A stretch of DNA of 57,383 bases. Origin: Isurus oxyrinchus (taxonomy: Eukaryota). The DNA is taken from assembly GCA_026770705.1 (NCBI GenBank), contig JANJGN010000150.1, positions 1,178,001-1,235,383 on the forward strand. The letters run 5' to 3'. Numbering within the stretch: the first letter of the stretch is position 1; each line of letters starts with the position of its first letter. The notes under the pieces are model-generated. The model was not told the DNA's origin. It worked only from the letters and a program-made list of their open reading frames with translations, and searched no databases. Below are positions 11,128 to 21,727 of this stretch, in pieces. Made by a program: the position numbers and the translations under genes.

Positions 11128-12215
11128 AAGGCAGTGGTGTAGTCGCTGGATGAGTAATCCAGAGTCCTGGGGTAATCTGCTGGGGACCTTGGTTCAAATC
11201 CCATCACGGCAAATGGTGAAATTTGAATTCAATAAAAAAAAACCTGCTGATAACTACTGTCCTAAAAACCTCTCTAGTTTCACTAATGCCCTTTAAAGAA
11301 GGAAATCTGCTGTCCTTACCTGGTTTGGCCTGCATGCGACACCGGGCCCACAGCGATGTGGTTGACACTGAACTCGCCCTCCGAAATGGCTGAGCAAGCC
11401 GCTCAGTTGTGTTACAAAGGAATGAAACCAGATGGACCACCCAATGTCAACCAAGGCACTGGAAACGAAAACGGCAATCTCAACCCTGTCGACCCTGCAA
11501 AGCCCTCCTTACTAGTCCTCCTCACTAACTTCGATGGGAGAGCTAGTCAAGCAACAGCCTGACATAGTCATCCTTACAGGTAATGTCCCAGGCACCACCA
11601 TCACCATCCCTGGGTATGTCTTGTCCCACTGCCCAGCAGAGGTGGCAGCAGAGGGAGTTGCCCTGGGAGCCCTCCTCATCAACTCCAGATCCCAGGAAGT
11701 CTCATGCCATCAGGTTACACATGGGCAAGGAAACCTCCTGCTGATTACCACGTACCGGCCTCCCTCAGCTCATGAACCCGTGCTCCTCCATGTTGATCAG
11801 CGTTTGGAGGAAGCACTGAGGGTGGTAAAGGTGCAGAATCTACTTTAGGTGGGGGGATTCAATGCCCATCACCAAGAGTGGCTCCTTGGCGCCTCTGAGG
11901 ATCCAAAGAGATTCCTTAGACAATGGGGATCCAACAGCATCTTCCTAAATCGCGACCTCTACCACCTAGAAGGACAAGGGCAGCAGACACATGGGAACAC
12001 CACCACCTGGAAGTTTCCCTTCAAGTCACTCACCATCCTGACTTGGAAATATATCACCGTTCCTTCACTGTCGCTGGGTCAAAATCCTGGAACTCCCTCC
12101 CTAACAGCACTGTGGGTGTACCTACACTACAGGGACTGCAGCGGGTCAAGAAGGCAGCTCACCACCCCCTTCTCAAGGGCAATTATGGAACAATAAATGC
12201 TGGCCCAGCAAGCGA
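11128..12215 (+). mobile_element. SINE-like head plus internally deleted LINE of a second family (APE endonuclease remnant and 3' end)
   Basis: tRNA-like boxes (gtggtgtagtcgctgg, ggttcaaatccc), then QQPDIVILT...IPGY...TTYRPPS...GGFNAHHQEW. The 3' segment matches 34470-34770. Confidence 0.75.
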
Positions 12216-12440
12216 CACCCTCATCAAGAGCTTGACGAAAAAATGGTTCTTGATCCTCATTTCCTCTACTTCAATGCAAGTGGCTAGTCATCTCACTCAG
12301 TTTCTTATTGTCAGGAATATCAGTTCTGCTTGTGTTGTACAGATCCGCTGATGCTTTATTGCTTCGCAAATATCTATCATCTTTCAGTAACAAATTAAGG
12401 AACCAATGATCATGCAAGAGAAACTATGAGGGAGCTGACA

Positions 12441-14452
12441 TCAGTATGAGAGTAGCCCTCCTTCAGTACTGCCCCTCCGACAGTGCAGCACTCCCTCAGT
12501 ACTGACCCTCCGACAGTGCAGCACTCCCTCAGTATTGACCCGCCGACAGTGCAGCACTCCCTCAGTACTGACCCTCCGACAGTGCAGCACTCCCTCAGTA
12601 CTAACCCTCCGACAGTGCAGCACTCCCTCAGTATTGACCCTCCGACAGTGCATCACTCCCTCAGTACTGACCCTCCGGACAGTGCAGCAATCCCTCAGTA
12701 GTGACCCTCCGACAGTGCAGCACTCCCTCAGTACTGACCCTCCCGATAGTGCAGCACTCCCTCAGTACTGACCTTACGACAGTGCAGCACTCCCTCAGTA
12801 CTGACCCTCCGACAGTGCATCACTCCCTCAGTACTGACCCTCCGGACAGTGCAGCAATCCCTCTGTACTGATCCTCTGACAGTGCATCACTACCTCAGTA
12901 CTGACCCTCCGGACAGTGCAGCAATCCCTCTGTACTGATCCTCTGACAGTGCAGCACTCCCTCAGTACTGACCCTCCCGATAGTGCAGCACTCCCTCAGT
13001 ACTGACCTTACGACAGTGCAGCACTCCCTCAGTACTGACCCTCCGACAGTGCATCACTCCCTCAGTACTGACCCTCCGGACAGTGCAGCAATCCCTCTGT
13101 ACTGATCCTCTGTCAGTGCAGCACTCCCTCAGTACTGACCCTCCTGATAGTGCAGCACTCCCTCAGTATTGACCTTCCGACAGTGCAGCACTCCCTCAGT
13201 ACTGACCGACAGTGCAGCTCACCCTCAGTACTGTCCCTCCGACAGTGCAGCACTCCCTCAGTACTGACCCTCCGACAGTGCAGCTCTCCCTCAGTACTGA
13301 TCCTCCGACAGTGCAGCACTCCCTCAGTACTGACCTTCTGACAGTGCAGCTCTCCCTCAGTACTGACCCTCCGACAGTGCAGCACTCCCTCAGTACTGAC
13401 CCTCCAACAGTGCAGCACTCCTTCAGCACTGACCCTGACAGTGCAGCACTCTTTCAGCACTGACCCTCCGACAGTGCAGCACTCCCTCAGAACTGACCCT
13501 CGACAGTGCAGAGCTCCCTCAGTACTGACCTTCTGACAGTGCAGCACTCCCTCAGTACTGACCCTCCGACAGTGCAGCACACTCTCATTACTCACCCTCT
13601 GACAGTGCAGCACTCCCTCAGTACTGACCTTCTGACAGTGCAGCACTCCCTCAGTACTGACCTTCTGACAGTACAGCACTTCCTCAGTACTGACCCTCTG
13701 ACAGTGCAGCACTCCCTCACTACTGACCCTCTGACAGTGCAGCACTCCCTCAGTACTGACCTTCTGACAGTGCAGCACTCCCTCAGTACTGACCCTCCGA
13801 CAGTGCAGCACTCCCTCAGTACTGACCCTCTGACAGTGCAGCACTCCCTCCGTCCTGACCTTCTGACAGTGCAGCACTCCCTCAGTACTGACCCTCTAAC
13901 AGTGCAGCACTCCCTCAGTACTGACCTTCTGACAGTGCAGCATTCCCTCAGTACTGACCCTCCGACAGTGCAGCACTCCCTCAGTACTGACCCTCTGACA
14001 GTGCAGCACTCCCTCCGTACTGACCCTCTGACAGTGCAGCACTCCCTCAGTACTGACCCTCTAACAGTGCAGCACTCCCTCAGTACTGACCTTCTGACAG
14101 TGCAGCACTCCCTCAGTACTGACCCTCTGACAGTGCAGCACTCCCTCAGTACTGACCTTCTGACAGTGCAGCACCCCCTCAGTACTGACCTTCCGAAAGT
14201 GCAGCACTCCCTCAGTACTGACCCTCTGACAGTGCAGCACTCCCTCAGTACTGACCCTCTGACAGTGCAGCACTCCCTCAGTACTGACCCTCTGACAGTG
14301 CAGCACTCCCTCAGTACTGACCTTCTGACAGTGCAGCACTCCCTCAGTACTGACCCTCCGACAGTGCAGCTCTCCCTCAGTACTGACCCTCCGACAGTGC
14401 AGCTCTCCCTCAGTACTGACCTTCTGATAGTGCAGCACTCCCTCAGTACGGA
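12441..14452. repeat. 33-bp minisatellite array, about 60 copies
   Basis: Same unit as 10657-11114. Confidence 0.95.
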
Positions 14453-14934
14453 TCATTTTTCAGCTAACAGGAACTGAGTAGGGCCTTGAGGGGCCTGGCC
14501 AGGTTAAAAATCGCACCATCACAGAAAACGAACGTCATCATCGTGATGCAGGACAACAACAGCTAGCAAATTTATTTAGACTTCTATTCATGTGATGCTG
14601 TGTCTTTTACTGCCAATTAATAAATTGAAACTGCTTAACGAACATTGCAAGGCAATTTTAAATTATATCAGAGGATGTCACCTCACTTTTCAACAAGTTG
14701 GTTGTTTAAAAAAAATTCTCCTCATCTCCCCCTCTGGCTCTTTTCCCGATTCTCTTCAATCTGTGTCCCTCTGGTTACCGACCCTCCTGCCACTGGAAAC
14801 ACTTTCTCCTTATTGACTCTACCGAGACCTCTTCACGATTCTGAACGGCTTGATTCAATCTCCTGTTAGTCCTTACTGCCCAAATAGAATTAACGTCTTG
14901 CAGCCCTCAGGGCTTGTGTACCTCAAATTCCTGC

Positions 14935-16120
14935 ATCCCACAATCTCTGTAACCTCCTCCAGCCCCTACAACCCTTTCTGTAACCTCCTCCAGCCACTAC
15001 AACCCTTTCTGTAACCTCCTCCAGCCCCTACAATCCTCCCTATCTCTGTAACTTCCTCCAGCCACTACAACCCTCCCTATCTCTGTAACCTCCTCCAGCC
15101 CCTACAATCCCCCCTATCTCTGTAACCTCCTCCAGTCCCTACCACCCTCCCTATCTCTGTAACCTCCTCCAGCCCCTACAATCCTCCCTATCTCTGTAAC
15201 CTCCTCCAGCCACTACAACCCTCCCTATCTCTGTAACCTCCTCCAGCCACTACAACCCTCCCTATCTCTGTAACCTCCGCCAGCCACTACAACCCTCCCT
15301 ATCTCTGTAAACTCCTCCAGCCCCTACAAACCTCCCTATCTCTGTAACCTCCTCCAGCCCCTACAACCCTCCCTATCTCTGTAACCTCCTCCAGCCCCTA
15401 CAACCCTCCCTATCTCTGTAACCTCCTCCAGCCCCTAAAACCCTCCCTATCTCTGTAACCTCCTCCCGCTCCTACAATCCTCTCTGCAACCTCCTCCAGC
15501 CCCTACAACCCTCCCTATCTCTGTAATCTCTTCCAGCCCCTACAACCCTCACTATCTCCGTAACCCCCTCCAAATCCTACAACCCTCCCTATCTCTGAAA
15601 CCTTCTCCAGCTCTTACATGCCTTCCTACCTTTGTAACCTCCTCCAGCCCCTAAAACCTTTCCTATCTCCATAAGCTCCTCCAGCTCCTACAACCCTCTC
15701 TGCAACCTCCTCCAGCCCCTACAACCCTCCCTATCTCTGTAACGTCCTCCAGCCCCTGCAACCCTATCTCTGTAAACACCTCCAGCCCCGACACCCCTCA
15801 CTATCTCTGTAACCTCCTCCAGCGCCTACAACCCTCCCTATCTCTGTAACCTCCTCCAGCTCCTACAACCCTCTCTGCAACCTCCTCCAGCCCCTACAAC
15901 CCTCCCTATCTCTGTAACGTCCTCCAGCCCCTGCAACCCTCCCTATCTCTGTAACCTCCTCCAGCTCCTACAACCCTCTGCAACCTCCTCCAGCCCCTAC
16001 AACCCTCCCTATCTCTGTAACGTCCTCCAGCCCCTGCAACCCTCCCTATCTCTGTAACCTCCTCCAGCCCCTAAAACCCTCCCTATCTCTGTAGCCTCCT
16101 CCATCTCCTACAACCCTCCG
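14935..16120. repeat. 37-bp minisatellite (CTCTGTAACCTCCTCCAGCCCCTACAACCCTCCCTAT)
   Basis: Tandem repeat running directly into the L2-like 3' sequence at 16120-16420. Confidence 0.95.
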
Positions 16121-16420
16121 AGATCTCTGTGCTGCTCCAATTCCTGCTTCTTGAGCATCGCCTGATTCCCATCGCTCCACCACTGGAGAAGCCTTCAGCT
16201 GCCTGGGGCCTAAGCTCTGGAATTCCCTCCCTCAATCCCATTGCGCCTCTTTCTCTCTCTCTCTCCTTCTTTAAGACGCCCCTTAAAACCAACCAATCTG
16301 ACGGGGCTTTGGGTTGCCTGCCCCAATATCTCCCTACGTGGCTCGGGATCAAACTGAGTTGGGTAATCACTCCTGCTAAGTGCCTCAGGGCAGTTAACCC
16401 TATTAAACGTGCGATATAAG
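16120..16420 (+). mobile_element. L2-like LINE 3' end
   Basis: gagatctctgtgctgctccaattc...gccttcagctgcctggggcctaagctctggaattccctccct; similar to 8500-8970. Confidence 0.55.
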
Positions 16421-16520
16421 CGCCAGTCGCTATTGTCGATAACGAAATCCCTTAGTGAGCCGTGGTGAAACACAAATAGGTCTGGATGAGGGGGCGGCTG
16501 AAGGAAACATTCGTACCATC

Positions 16521-16526
16521 TTTATT
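16521..16526 (-). terminator. Candidate polyadenylation signal of the PP2A scaffold gene
   Basis: TTTATT on + (AATAAA on -) at the end of the unique segment 16500-16957. Confidence 0.55.
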
Positions 16527-16592
16527 AGGCAACAATCTGCAACTTGCTCTGCATCAACCAACAGGGCAGGAAACAAAAAAAGAACCAACCTT

Positions 16593-16957
16593 TCAAAACA
16601 CAACGTTGCAACCGGAGAGGTAAAGAACGAGGGAGTGCGAGCGAGGGAGGGAGAGGAACAAGTAGGACCTAAGGGGTGGGGGGTTGGGTGGGGGCGGGGA
16701 AAGGAGAACGAGGCAGCGGTTTCGGTGAAGTGGGAAAAGGCCGTCACCGAGGCGGCTGCAGACGTCCAGCTTCGGGCCGAGGGGTCGAGTCGCTCCGGCC
16801 GTTCGTTTACTCCTCGGGACGTGCACATCAGCATTGGGGGGGGGGGGGGGGTGGGAGGAGTCGCTGCCGTTCACGTGGGGCGTTCTGTTGCCCACGGTCG
16901 GGACCTGCGACGTCTCACTCAGCATGGCTCCGCTCTGTCTTAATTCAGGCAACAGCA
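16593..16957 (-). CDS. PPP2R1A: Probable terminal exon of the PP2A scaffold gene; spliced from exon 14 it gives VLLPELRQ..., a 121-aa tail
   Basis: (CT)n tract plus TAG acceptor at 16958-16985 on -. A phase-1 join restores V-L as in the canonical last exon. TGA at 16593-16595 and AATAAA about 70 nt further on. Coding extent uncertain. Confidence 0.45.
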
Positions 16958-17928
16958 CTAGAGAGAGAGAGAGAGAGAGAGAGGGAAGCGGGGTGAGGGA
17001 AAGGACAGATTAAAGATCGGGGAGAGCAGGCATTGCCCCCCCCGTGGAGGAAACCTGCTCGGCGCAGGGGTACAAAGCATCAAAGGCAATGGGGCAGGCT
17101 ATTCAGCCCATCAGGTCCATGCCGGCGTTCATTCCCCACTCGAACATCGCCCCCATTCAACTCTAACAGCCTAGGCCTGGGTTTCCTTTCTACCCCGTGT
17201 GTTTATCCAGCTTCCCCCTTTAATGTATCTGTTCTCTTTCCATGCACCCACCCACCATGGTCCCTCATGCCAGCCATCACCCCTGCCACCCCATTCAAGT
17301 TAAGGCACCTTCCTACCCATTCACCCACCGTGCACTGTGCATAGAACCAATGCAACCTATAGTGACAGTAGGATGTGTAAAAAAAAAAAAGGCTTTTATA
17401 AAAAATCGTTCGTTGATAACATTTCACTTGCTACAAAAAAAACTCATTTTTCCTACAGGACAATAAAAGTGCCAATCATCAAGGACCCTTCAAAGTATCA
17501 ATAGCTGAAACAGCAAGCACTTGAAACCTCTTAACCTTGTGCAAATAAACATTGCGAAATTGACAACAGGGGGTCAGAGATCCAGAGCTGTCACCATCAA
17601 ACAATGTTTTTCCTGGGGTTTAGGTACGTCAGTGCTCTAATGGATCTGTGGGCTCCAAACCAAGCCTCATTACGTACCCTTGGCTGAGAGGTCGGGCAAT
17701 CCAATAGAGTTCTTTCTCCCTCCCCACTCTCTGGGTAACGAGGTTTCTCCTGATTTCCCCTTTGGATTTATTAGCGACTATCTGATATTGAGGGCCCTTG
17801 GTTCTGGTCTCGTCCTCACAAGTGAAACATTTTTCTATCACGTCTGCCATACCGAAATCTCTCTATAGGTTTTGACGACCTGGATCAGGTTGTAGCTCTG
17901 TACCATTTCGGTGGTAGCTTCTTTCTGT

Positions 17929-18008
17929 TTACTCAGGTCCCCATTTCTCGGGCTTCTCAAGTTCCTGGAGCCTAGCTGGCTCCTTCTGAAGGTGATGGGT
18001 GGCAAGTT
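17929..18008 (-). CDS. Candidate alternative last coding exon (ELATHHLQKEPARLQELEKPEKWGPE*)
   Basis: C-rich tract plus cctgtccAG acceptor on -, open phase-1 frame to TAA, possible donor ATG|GTACAG at 17904/17903. No homology support. Confidence 0.3.
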
Positions 18009-18374
18009 CTGGACAGGGGAGGGAGGGGGGGGGCGGGTGGGAGGGGGTGGTGCGGAAGGAGCATCAGTCGTGTGGGAGTTGATCACACTGGACTCCCGGC
18101 CCATGCCTCAACCCAGCGACCCGGCGCGATACGTTGGTCGAGAGAGCGGGTTGATGTCGGGCATTTTCTAAGCACGAACGCAGGAAGGAAGGGGACTGGG
18201 GTCTGGGTCACCCCTCGAGTAACGTGCGCACCCACTCCCAGGGAGGGAAAGCGAGAGGACATCCGATTGCTTCCCCAACCCTCCCCCCCACCCCCTCCCC
18301 CTCCCGGGACCACCACTGATACCCCCTGTCACCGTTTTCCACCGTCTGGGAAATCTGAACCGCTCGCCACTCAC

Positions 18375-18466
18375 CAATTAAAGCTTCCTGGGCAAAGTAT
18401 TTGACGTCCATGTCTTGGTCCCGGCTCAGTTTGTCGAGTACGGGCTTAATCTCGTTATTCAAGGGG
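18375..18466 (-). CDS. PPP2R1A: PP2A scaffold subunit A, exon 14 (PLNNEIKPVLDKLSRDQDMDVKYFAQEALI)
   Basis: 92 nt, AG/GTGAGT flanks; matches the PR65/A C-terminal HEAT repeat. Confidence 0.95.
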
Positions 18467-18644
18467 CTGCAGGGAAACAGGAAGCGAGGGAGGAAACAGT
18501 TAATCAGACTGAAAACAGGGAAAACACCCCAGGCTCTCGCTGACACTGTTCGTTGTCCACAATCTGCACGCCCCCGCAAACCGACTGTTCCCTCAGAGGT
18601 CACACGGGAGCTGGTGTGTCTAACCCGGTAAAACGCCAGCAGGA

Positions 18645-18780
18645 TTCTAATGAAGAGTCCTGCCGGAGCCGGGACACTAACTCTGATCCCCTCCCCACAG
18701 ACGCTGCCCGGCCTGCTGAGTCTTTCCAGCGTCTTCTGCGTTTATTTTCAGATGTTCCAGCGTCCGCGGTGTTCTGCCGC
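18645..18780 (+). mobile_element. Decayed Penelope-type pseudo-LTR remnant
   Basis: aactctgatcccctccccacagacgctgcccggcctgctgagtctttccagc resembles 7555-7605; the hammerhead core is degenerate (ctaatga, no GAAA). Confidence 0.55.
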
Positions 18781-18789
18781 CCGCTAAAC

Positions 18790-19456
18790 GCGGGATTGCG
18801 TTTCTGCAGCGGCTTTTCCGCACCTCAGGGCGTTCCAAAGCGTTTCCACGGCCAATGAAGATTTTCGTTTTTGGGAGTGCGGGTCACTGTGGTCATGTAG
18901 GCCACCCAGCAGTCAATTTGCGCGCCGCAAGATCCCACAAACAGCAATGTAATAATGACCCCTATCATCTACTTTTTTTAGTGATGTTGGTTGAGGGGTA
19001 AATATTGGCCCCAGCACACTGGGGAGACCTTCCCCCATTCTGCTTCCAAATAGTGGCTTTCGGATTGTTTTACACCCATCTGAGAGGGCAGATTAATGTC
19101 TCATTTGAAAGGCGGGTCATCAGCAGTGTAGCGCTCCCCTCAGCACTGACCCTCCGACACTGCAGCACTCCCCTCAGTACTGACCCTCCGACAGTGCAGC
19201 ACTCCGTCAACACTGACCCTCCGACAGTGCAGCACTCCCTCAGTACTGACCCTCTGACAGGGCAGCACTCCCTCAGTACTGACCCTCTGACAGTGCAGCA
19301 CTCCCTCAACACTGACCCTCCGACAGTGCAGCACCATCTCAGCACTGACCCTCCGACAGTGCAGCACTCCCTCAGCACTGACCCTCCGACAGTGCAGCAC
19401 TCCCTCAGCACTGACCCTCCGACAGGGCAGCACTCCCTCAGCAGTGACCCTTCGAC
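18790..19456 (-). mobile_element. Deu-domain SINE whose internal segment is expanded as the 33-bp array (19124-19456)
   Basis: SINE body (gatcccacaaacagcaatg...gggtaaatattggccccag...gagagggcaga...tctcatttgaaag) runs directly into the tandem units. Confidence 0.8.
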
Positions 19457-19739
19457 GTGCAACGTGGGGGGTTGGTGCTGTTAAGCATCTCAGGCTCCTC
19501 CCAGCTGAGATGATAGCGACCTTGCTCTGTATTATCAGGGAGCAGAGCTGAGGAAGCTTCATGATGGTGGGGGGGGGGAAATTGGAGCTGGTGCGAGCTC
19601 AGGCATGGGGGGGCAGCAAAGATTGGGACCTGCTGAGGTGGAAGAAGGGCAGAAGACAGGTGGCCGGTGTGGTGTGGGGGAGGGGGGGGGGGGGTAGTGG
19701 GTGGGGGGGGCGGCTGTTTTGGGATTTAAATCCAAGTAA

Positions 19740-20335
19740 TAAAATCTGGAATGGAGGGGCGAGTCTCAGTGGGGGTGGACCGTGACAACCACGGCCGACG
19801 GTCCGTGAAAAACCCAGCTGGTTCACACCCACGTCCCCTTTAGGGAGGGGAAGCCTGCCGTCCCGTACCCTGGGCCTGGCCGACACGTGGCTCCCGGCCG
19901 ACAGCAGCGTGGCTGACTCTTAGCTGCCCCTCTGGATGGGCTGAGCAGGCCATCGCCCAGTCCGAGGGCCAGTCAGGGACGGGGCAACAAGCCCCGGCCT
20001 CGCCAGCTGCGCCCGCATCCCGCGGAATAACGAAACGAGCGAAAGGAAAAACGCCAGGACATCGGGGGAGCCGGTGTCAATTTTTCCTGATTGATTTGTT
20101 CTGTCAGGGGGACGTGGGGCGCCGTCGCCCATCCCCAACTGCCCTCAGACTGGCCACTTCGGGAGGGGTCTGAAGTCGCCCGTCGGGCAGATTTCCCTCC
20201 CCGGAGGGAGGTCAGTGGTGACCCAGGCGGGTTTCCATGGCAAGCGGCGGGCAATGGTTTCGGGGGTCTCAATTCCAGACTTACCAGCCGAATTTAAATT
20301 CCACCAGCCGCCGCGGTGGGATTTTAACCCATTTC
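19740..20335. mobile_element. Two decayed SINE fragments in opposite orientation (family of 11128 and 26050)
   Basis: aaacccagctggttcac...tttagggaggggaagcctgccgtcc on +, and a reverse copy ggcagatttccctccc...aatttaaattccaccagc. Confidence 0.5.
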
Positions 20336-21030
20336 AGCCTGATTCGCCCGGGTTACGCACCCAGCGACGCTCCCTCTACACCACCATCTCCCCCCTCCCA
20401 TCCCCCCACCGCCTCTGCCCTCCCCCCCACCCCACCCCCCCACTACAGCTACCCCTTATTTATCGTTCCTAACATGTCGCCGAGAAACAGCGTGGCTTAA
20501 TGAAGGGGGAGAGTTGGGGGGGGGGGGCGGTGGTCACTCAAAAGGAGGAATTCAATAGGAAGGAGCTGTCAATTCATGGCAGCCTCGAGGACTCTAAGAC
20601 CCTCCTTTTCAACTCGTCCTGTTATCTGAAGCAGTCCCGGGATTGCTTATTGACAACCCCTTCACCAGCCGCTCAAAAGAACTCTTGCCGGGTTTCAAGG
20701 GGCCTTTTGGTTTTTTCCTTTTAAAAACCAGAAAGGAAAAATTTTGCCCTTGCCTGCCCCCTTGGCCAGATTTGAACGGTTGGAGTTGAGGGAGATTGGT
20801 CTCTGGCCCTGAAATCACTCCGGTTTTCACTTCAGTAAACTGATATGAAGTCGCCCATCTTCAACTTGAGGAGGAGCCCAGCAACCCGAACAGGAAGACA
20901 CCGAGTCATTGGCTGGTGCGTCCTCCATGGCAACGCGTCTGCCAATCAGAGGCCACCTGCCAATCAATCGGCACTCTCTTCTCAGGCGGTGTAAATTGTT
21001 GTTCGCTTTGAGGTTGGGTATTCTCGCGGT

Positions 21031-21071
21031 TTCTGCCCTGATGATGTTCAAGACGAAAAGCTTTGATGGAA
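21031..21071 (+). ncRNA. Minimal hammerhead-ribozyme motif in a probable solo Penelope-type terminal repeat (~20880-21085)
   Basis: CUGAUGA (21038-44), U-GUU-caa-GAC, GAAA (21055-58), palindromic AAAGCUUU; stem I is weak. Three CCAAT/ATTGG boxes lie 70-130 nt upstream. Confidence 0.55.
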
Positions 21072-21582
21072 TGTCCCCTCTCGTCAACAATACTGGAGTC
21101 CCGTACCACCCAAATGACTACTTGTACGCTAAATGGTAACGTGGATTCGGCTCCGGTGTCCAGGCTTGTGGACGAGCGAGTCTTTTTCACGCGGCGCCTG
21201 TTTGGGATCTGGAACGCACTGCCTCAGGGGTTGTGGGGGAGGCAGATTCAATGGTGGCTTTCGGAGAGGGAATTGGGTGATTGTACCCAAAATGGAAAAG
21301 CGTTGGGGGAGGGGCTACGGGGGGGGAAGAAGTGGGGAGGGCGGATTGCTGAGAGGGCCAGCACAGGCACGCGGGGCCAAATGGCCTCCGCCTGTTCTGC
21401 CAACCGTACCTATCTATGCCTGTGACTGAACACGTGTAGTCACCAACACAGTAACCGCGCTAAAGTGATAACGGAGGGCCGCTTTACCCGGTGAACACGT
21501 TATCGGGGGGTGGGGGAGGGGGGGGGGGGGGAGGAGAAGCGGGAATGTCTGTCCCGGTGCCGGTTAGCAGCAGCCCACTTGC

Positions 21583-21725
21583 CTGTAGTCCAGGACAGGC
21601 CCGATCCTCTGCAGCGTCTTGGCCACGTTGAAACGCACGTTCGCCACCGGGTCACTCCCCATCCGCAGGACGGTGGGCAGCATGATTTTGGTGGTGATGT
21701 CCTTTCCACACACGTCGTACAGAAC
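21583..21725 (-). CDS. PPP2R1A: PP2A scaffold subunit A, exon 13 ([47 protein letters not shown])
   Basis: 143 nt, conserved [12 protein letters not shown], acceptor ctccAG, donor AG|GCAAGT (GC type). Confidence 0.95.
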
Positions 21726-21727
21726 CT

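Noticed and set aside
11128-11210. tRNA-like A/B boxes (also near 26110, 39130 and 52100)
   Set aside because: SINE heads with no complete cloverleaf.
12342-12400. Possible next Siglec exon after ttgtgttgtacAG (xPLMLYCFANIYHLSVTN*)
   Set aside because: No Ig or convincing TM features, an early stop, and no usable phase-1 donor upstream.
12441-14477. 33-bp palindromic repeats resembling a CRISPR array; Cys/His-rich repeat ORFs resembling zinc fingers
   Set aside because: Units are head to tail with no unique spacers, there are no cas genes, the context is eukaryotic, and the unit derives from a SINE.
18645-18685. Third hammerhead candidate
   Set aside because: The core is degenerate (CTAATGA, no GAAA); kept only as a repeat remnant.
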